DNA from: an uncultured delta proteobacterium
GTDB lineage: Bacteria; Desulfobacterota; Syntrophia; Syntrophales; UBA2192
Reading direction: 5' to 3'
Assembly: GCA_963705165.1 (NCBI GenBank)
Contig: CAVPJD010000018.1
Coordinates: 1-59,551 of the forward strand
DNA: 59,551 nt
Of this stretch, positions 56,671 to 59,551 are shown in pieces; position 1 is the first letter of the stretch, and every line of letters starts with the position of its first letter. The notes below the pieces were generated by a model. That model saw only the letters and a list, made by a program, of their open reading frames with translations, ran no database searches and was not told where the DNA came from. The position numbers and the translations under genes were made by a program.

Positions 56671-58092
56671 TCAGCGGCTTGCCTTCTCCTTTGCCTGCTC
56701 CGTGGCCTTCTTCAGAAACTCCGTCCCCACCTTCCAGACGCTGCCTGCGCCCTGGGTGATGATCACATCGCCGGGGCGAGCCGTCTCGAGTAGGTGGCTC
56801 ACGATCCCGTCGGCAGACGGGATGTAGAGCGTGTTCTTGTGCCCCACGGCCTCGATCCCCTTGAAGAGGTTGAAGGAGCTGACCCCCTCGATAGGCGCCT
56901 CGCTTGCGGGGTAGATGTCCATGAGGATGAGCTGATCCGCATCGGGGAAGCACGTGAGGAACTCCTTGTACAGGGCGCGCGTGCGCGTGTAGCGATGCGG
57001 CTGGAAGACGACAATGAGGCGGCCCTTCCAGAGCTGTCTCGCCGCTTTCAGCGTGGCCAGGACCTCCGTGGGGTGGTGGCCGTAGTCGTCGACGACGGTG
57101 ATGCCGTTCACATCGCCCTTCACCTCGAGGCGGCGCTGCACGCCGTGGAAGGCGGCAAGCCCGTCCCGGATCGCCGTGAACTCCATGTCCAGCTCCCGGG
57201 CCACGGCGAAGGCCGCCATGGAGTTCAGGATGTTGAACAGCCCCGGCGCCCGCAGCGTGATCTCGCCCAGGCGCACCCCCTTGTGGTAGATCGTGTAGCG
57301 CGACTCGGGGCCCTCGAGGGAGATGTTTTTCGCCTGGTAGTCGGCCCCGTCGGAAATCCCGTAGGTGAGGGTCCGCCGCTTGATCTGCGGGAAAATGTCC
57401 TTCACGTGCGCATCGTCGATGCACAGGATCGTGACCCCGTAGAAGGGCACGATGTTGGCGAAACGGACAAAGGCCTCCTTGATGTCGTCGATGTCCCGGT
57501 AGTAGTCCAGGTGCTCCCGGTCGATGTTGGTGATGACGGCGATCGTGGGCGAGAGCTTCAGGAAGGAGCCGTCGCTCTCGTCGGCTTCGGCCACGATGAC
57601 CTCGCCGTCGCCCAGCCTCGCGTTGCTCCCGATCGACGAGAGCTTGCCGCCGATGACCATGGTGGGGTCGAGACCCCCGTGGGCGAGGATCGTCGAGACC
57701 ATGGAGGTGGTTGTCGTCTTGCCGTGCATGCCGGAGACGGCGACGGAGAACTTCATCTTGAGAAGCTCCGCCAGCATTTCCGCGCGGGGGATGACGGGGA
57801 TGTTGCGCCGGTGGGCCTCCAGGACCTCGGGGTTGTCGGCCTTGACGGCCGTGGAGGTGACGACCACGTCGGCCGACTCCAGGTTGGATTCCCGGTGGCC
57901 GTAGTGGATGCGGGCCCCCATCGAGGAGAGCCGCTGCGTGGTGTCCGATTCCATCAGGTCGGAGCCGCTGATCGAGTAGCCCAGGTTGAGAAGGACCTCG
58001 GCGATCCCGCTCATCCCGATCCCGCCGATCCCCACGAAGTGGATCCGCTGGACCTTGCGTTTCATCAAGTCTCTTCTGATTCCGTTTTGCAT
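56671..58092 (-). CDS. murC: UDP-N-acetylmuramate--L-alanine ligase
   Basis: HFVGIGGIGMSG, HGKTTTT, EADESD, DDYGHHPTE, FQPHRY; start may instead be 58065. Confidence 0.97.
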   Translation of the reverse strand: MQNGIRRDLMKRKVQRIHFVGIGGIGMSGIAEVLLNLGYSISGSDLMESDTTQRLSSMGARIHYGHRESNLESADVVVTSTAVKADNPEVLEAHRRNIPVIPRAEMLAELLKMKFSVAVSGMHGKTTTTSMVSTILAHGGLDPTMVIGGKLSSIGSNARLGDGEVIVAEADESDGSFLKLSPTIAVITNIDREHLDYYRDIDDIKEAFVRFANIVPFYGVTILCIDDAHVKDIFPQIKRRTLTYGISDGADYQAKNISLEGPESRYTIYHKGVRLGEITLRAPGLFNILNSMAAFAVARELDMEFTAIRDGLAAFHGVQRRLEVKGDVNGITVVDDYGHHPTEVLATLKAARQLWKGRLIVVFQPHRYTRTRALYKEFLTCFPDADQLILMDIYPASEAPIEGVSSFNLFKGIEAVGHKNTLYIPSADGIVSHLLETARPGDVIITQGAGSVWKVGTEFLKKATEQAKEKASR

Positions 58093-58097
58093 TTCTT

Positions 58098-58129
58098 TCA
58101 CTGGTCACCGATCACTGGTCACTGGTCAC
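58098..58129 (-). repeat. 7-mer tandem array (TCACTGG) between murG and murC
   Basis: tcactgg tcaccga tcactgg tcactgg tcac. Confidence 0.78.
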
Positions 58130-59211
58130 CGGCGCGCCGCCAGGAGCGCCATGCATTCGTCCACGATATCCGCCGCCGCCCGGGCGTTGCCGAGGCTTGC
58201 GGCATTGTGCTGCATCTGCTCGATCTTCCCCGGGTCTTGTGCGAGCTGCCGGATGAGCCCCGAGAGGCTTTCCCCCGTGAGGTCCCTTTCGGGGATCATC
58301 GCGGCTGCACCCCTGTTGACAAGGAGTTCGGCATTTTTCGTCTGGTGGTCGTTCACGGCAAAAGGGAAGGGGATGAATATCGCCGCCTTGCCGCTTGCCG
58401 TGATCTCCGCAATCGACGTGGCCCCCGCCCTGCAGACAAGCAGGTCGGCCTTCCCGTAGGCTGTGGCCATGTCCGTGATAAAGGGCAGCACTTCGGCCTC
58501 CATCTGCTGATCGCGGTATCCTTTTGTCACCATCTCCAGGTCGTCCTTCCCGGTCTGGTGGGTGATCCGGAGCTTTCCCTTCAACTCCCCGAGATGGGGC
58601 AGCGCCTCCAGGACGGCCAGGTTGATCCGGTGGGCCCCCTGGCTTCCCCCGAAAACGAGAATCGTCATGACATTGCCCGGCATCCTCTCCCGCCTTGGCG
58701 CCCCGGCGATGGCCGCCCGGATTGGGTTTCCCGTCACGCGGACCCGGTCTTCGCGAAACCGGTGTGCCGTCTCGGCAAAGCTCACGAAGATCCGGTCGGC
58801 AAAGTGCCCGAGAATCCTGTTCGTCTCGCCCGGGATGGCGTTCTGCTCGGCAATGGCCGTTGGCAGGCCCATGAAGCGGGCCGCAATCACGGCCGGTCCC
58901 GAAGCGTAGCCGCCAACCCCGATCACGAGATCCGGCCCGAAGCTCCGGATGATCCGGCTTGACTGCAGGAGGCTCCGCGGGATCTTTGCAAGCGCCGCCA
59001 TCGACCTTAAGAGGCCCCGCCCCTTGATCCCCTCGACCTCGAGCGTGGCCAGGGGAAAGCCGATCTGAGGCAGCACCCGGGCCTCGAGCCCCCGATTCGT
59101 CCCGATGAAAAGAACGTCGTTTTCCCTGCTGCGCCTGCGGAACTCCTCCGCGATCGCGACCCCCGGGAAGAGGTGGCCTCCCGTTCCTCCCCCCGCGATC
59201 ACGATCCTCAC
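58126..59211 (-). CDS. murG: Undecaprenyl-PP-MurNAc-pentapeptide GlcNAc transferase
   Basis: GGGTGGH, GGYAS, EQN, GNPIR, GGSQGA, RAGA, HQTKNA. Confidence 0.97.
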   Translation of the reverse strand: MRIVIAGGGTGGHLFPGVAIAEEFRRRSRENDVLFIGTNRGLEARVLPQIGFPLATLEVEGIKGRGLLRSMAALAKIPRSLLQSSRIIRSFGPDLVIGVGGYASGPAVIAARFMGLPTAIAEQNAIPGETNRILGHFADRIFVSFAETAHRFREDRVRVTGNPIRAAIAGAPRRERMPGNVMTILVFGGSQGAHRINLAVLEALPHLGELKGKLRITHQTGKDDLEMVTKGYRDQQMEAEVLPFITDMATAYGKADLLVCRAGATSIAEITASGKAAIFIPFPFAVNDHQTKNAELLVNRGAAAMIPERDLTGESLSGLIRQLAQDPGKIEQMQHNAASLGNARAAADIVDECMALLAARR

Positions 59212-59551
59212 GTCCCGGCCCCCCTGAGGGTCGACTTCTGGTACGTCGACAGGTTCAGCAGAATCCCCACGGCCATGCAGCTCACGATGAGCGCCGTGCC
59301 CCCGTAGGACAAAAAGGGCAGGGCCATGCCCTTCGTGGGGATGAGCCCCATGACGCCTGCGATATTGATGAAGGCCTCCATCGCGAGCAGGATCGTGATC
59401 CCCGATGCCAGCAGGCTCCCGAAGGTGTCCTGGACCCGGAAGGCGATCACAAATCCCCTGAAGATCAAAAGCCCGAAGAGCACGATGACCGTGCAGATCC
59501 CGATAAAGCCGCTCTCCTCGGCGATGATGGAGAGGATGAAGTCCGTGTGCG
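59208..59551 (-). CDS. ftsW: Cell division protein FtsW, C-terminal part; truncated by window end
   Basis: HTDFILSIIAEE, FINIAGVMGLIPTKGMALPFLSYGGT; upstream of murG. Confidence 0.93.
   Translation of the reverse strand, partial: HTDFILSIIAEESGFIGICTVIVLFGLLIFRGFVIAFRVQDTFGSLLASGITILLAMEAFINIAGVMGLIPTKGMALPFLSYGGTALIVSCMAVGILLNLSTYQKSTLRGAGT

Noticed and set aside
2389..58129. Short repeat arrays considered as CRISPR arrays
   Set aside because: Units are 7-9 nt, contiguous and without unique spacers; no cas genes
1067..58962. Many long antisense or alternate-frame ORFs (e.g. 1067-2647, 11336-12880, 23901-25871, 43667-45826, 56794-58962)
   Set aside because: Shadow ORFs expected in high-GC DNA opposite well-supported genes; no motifs

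Overview
GC-rich bacterial chromosome segment. Gene content and sigma-54-type promoters suggest an anaerobic deltaproteobacterium, possibly Syntrophales-like (inference). It is mostly housekeeping: rarA end, a PAS hybrid kinase, slyD-type PPIase, rimO-ftsK, plsC, ssb, tatA, rodZ, suhB/ino1, rfbB, a GAF-ANTAR regulator ahead of an FMN glutamate synthase, an M16C peptidase, a NodIJ-like ABC pair, a MacAB-like efflux operon and the distal dcw cluster (ftsW-murG-murC-murB-ftsQ-ftsA-ftsZ plus a radical SAM gene). I saw no tRNA, rRNA, CRISPR array, transposase or integrase. The most notable signals are: (1) about 20 intergenic arrays of degenerate 7-, 8- and 9-nt tandem repeats, mostly as inverted arm pairs with the purine-rich arm always 5', sometimes nested around REP-like elements or terminators; (2) a probable selenoprotein (FmdB zinc ribbon, in-frame UGA plus SECIS-like hairpin); (3) a two-hexaloop ANTAR antitermination leader controlling glutamate synthase; (4) an orphan integron gene cassette with a well-formed attC; (5) a GH57-like domain lacking both catalytic residues fused to a glycogen synthase; (6) a duplicated ~70-nt hairpin element that looks like a small RNA; (7) two paralogous unknown small membrane proteins next to an AtpZ/AtpI-like gene. 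All calls are by eye; no database searches were run.
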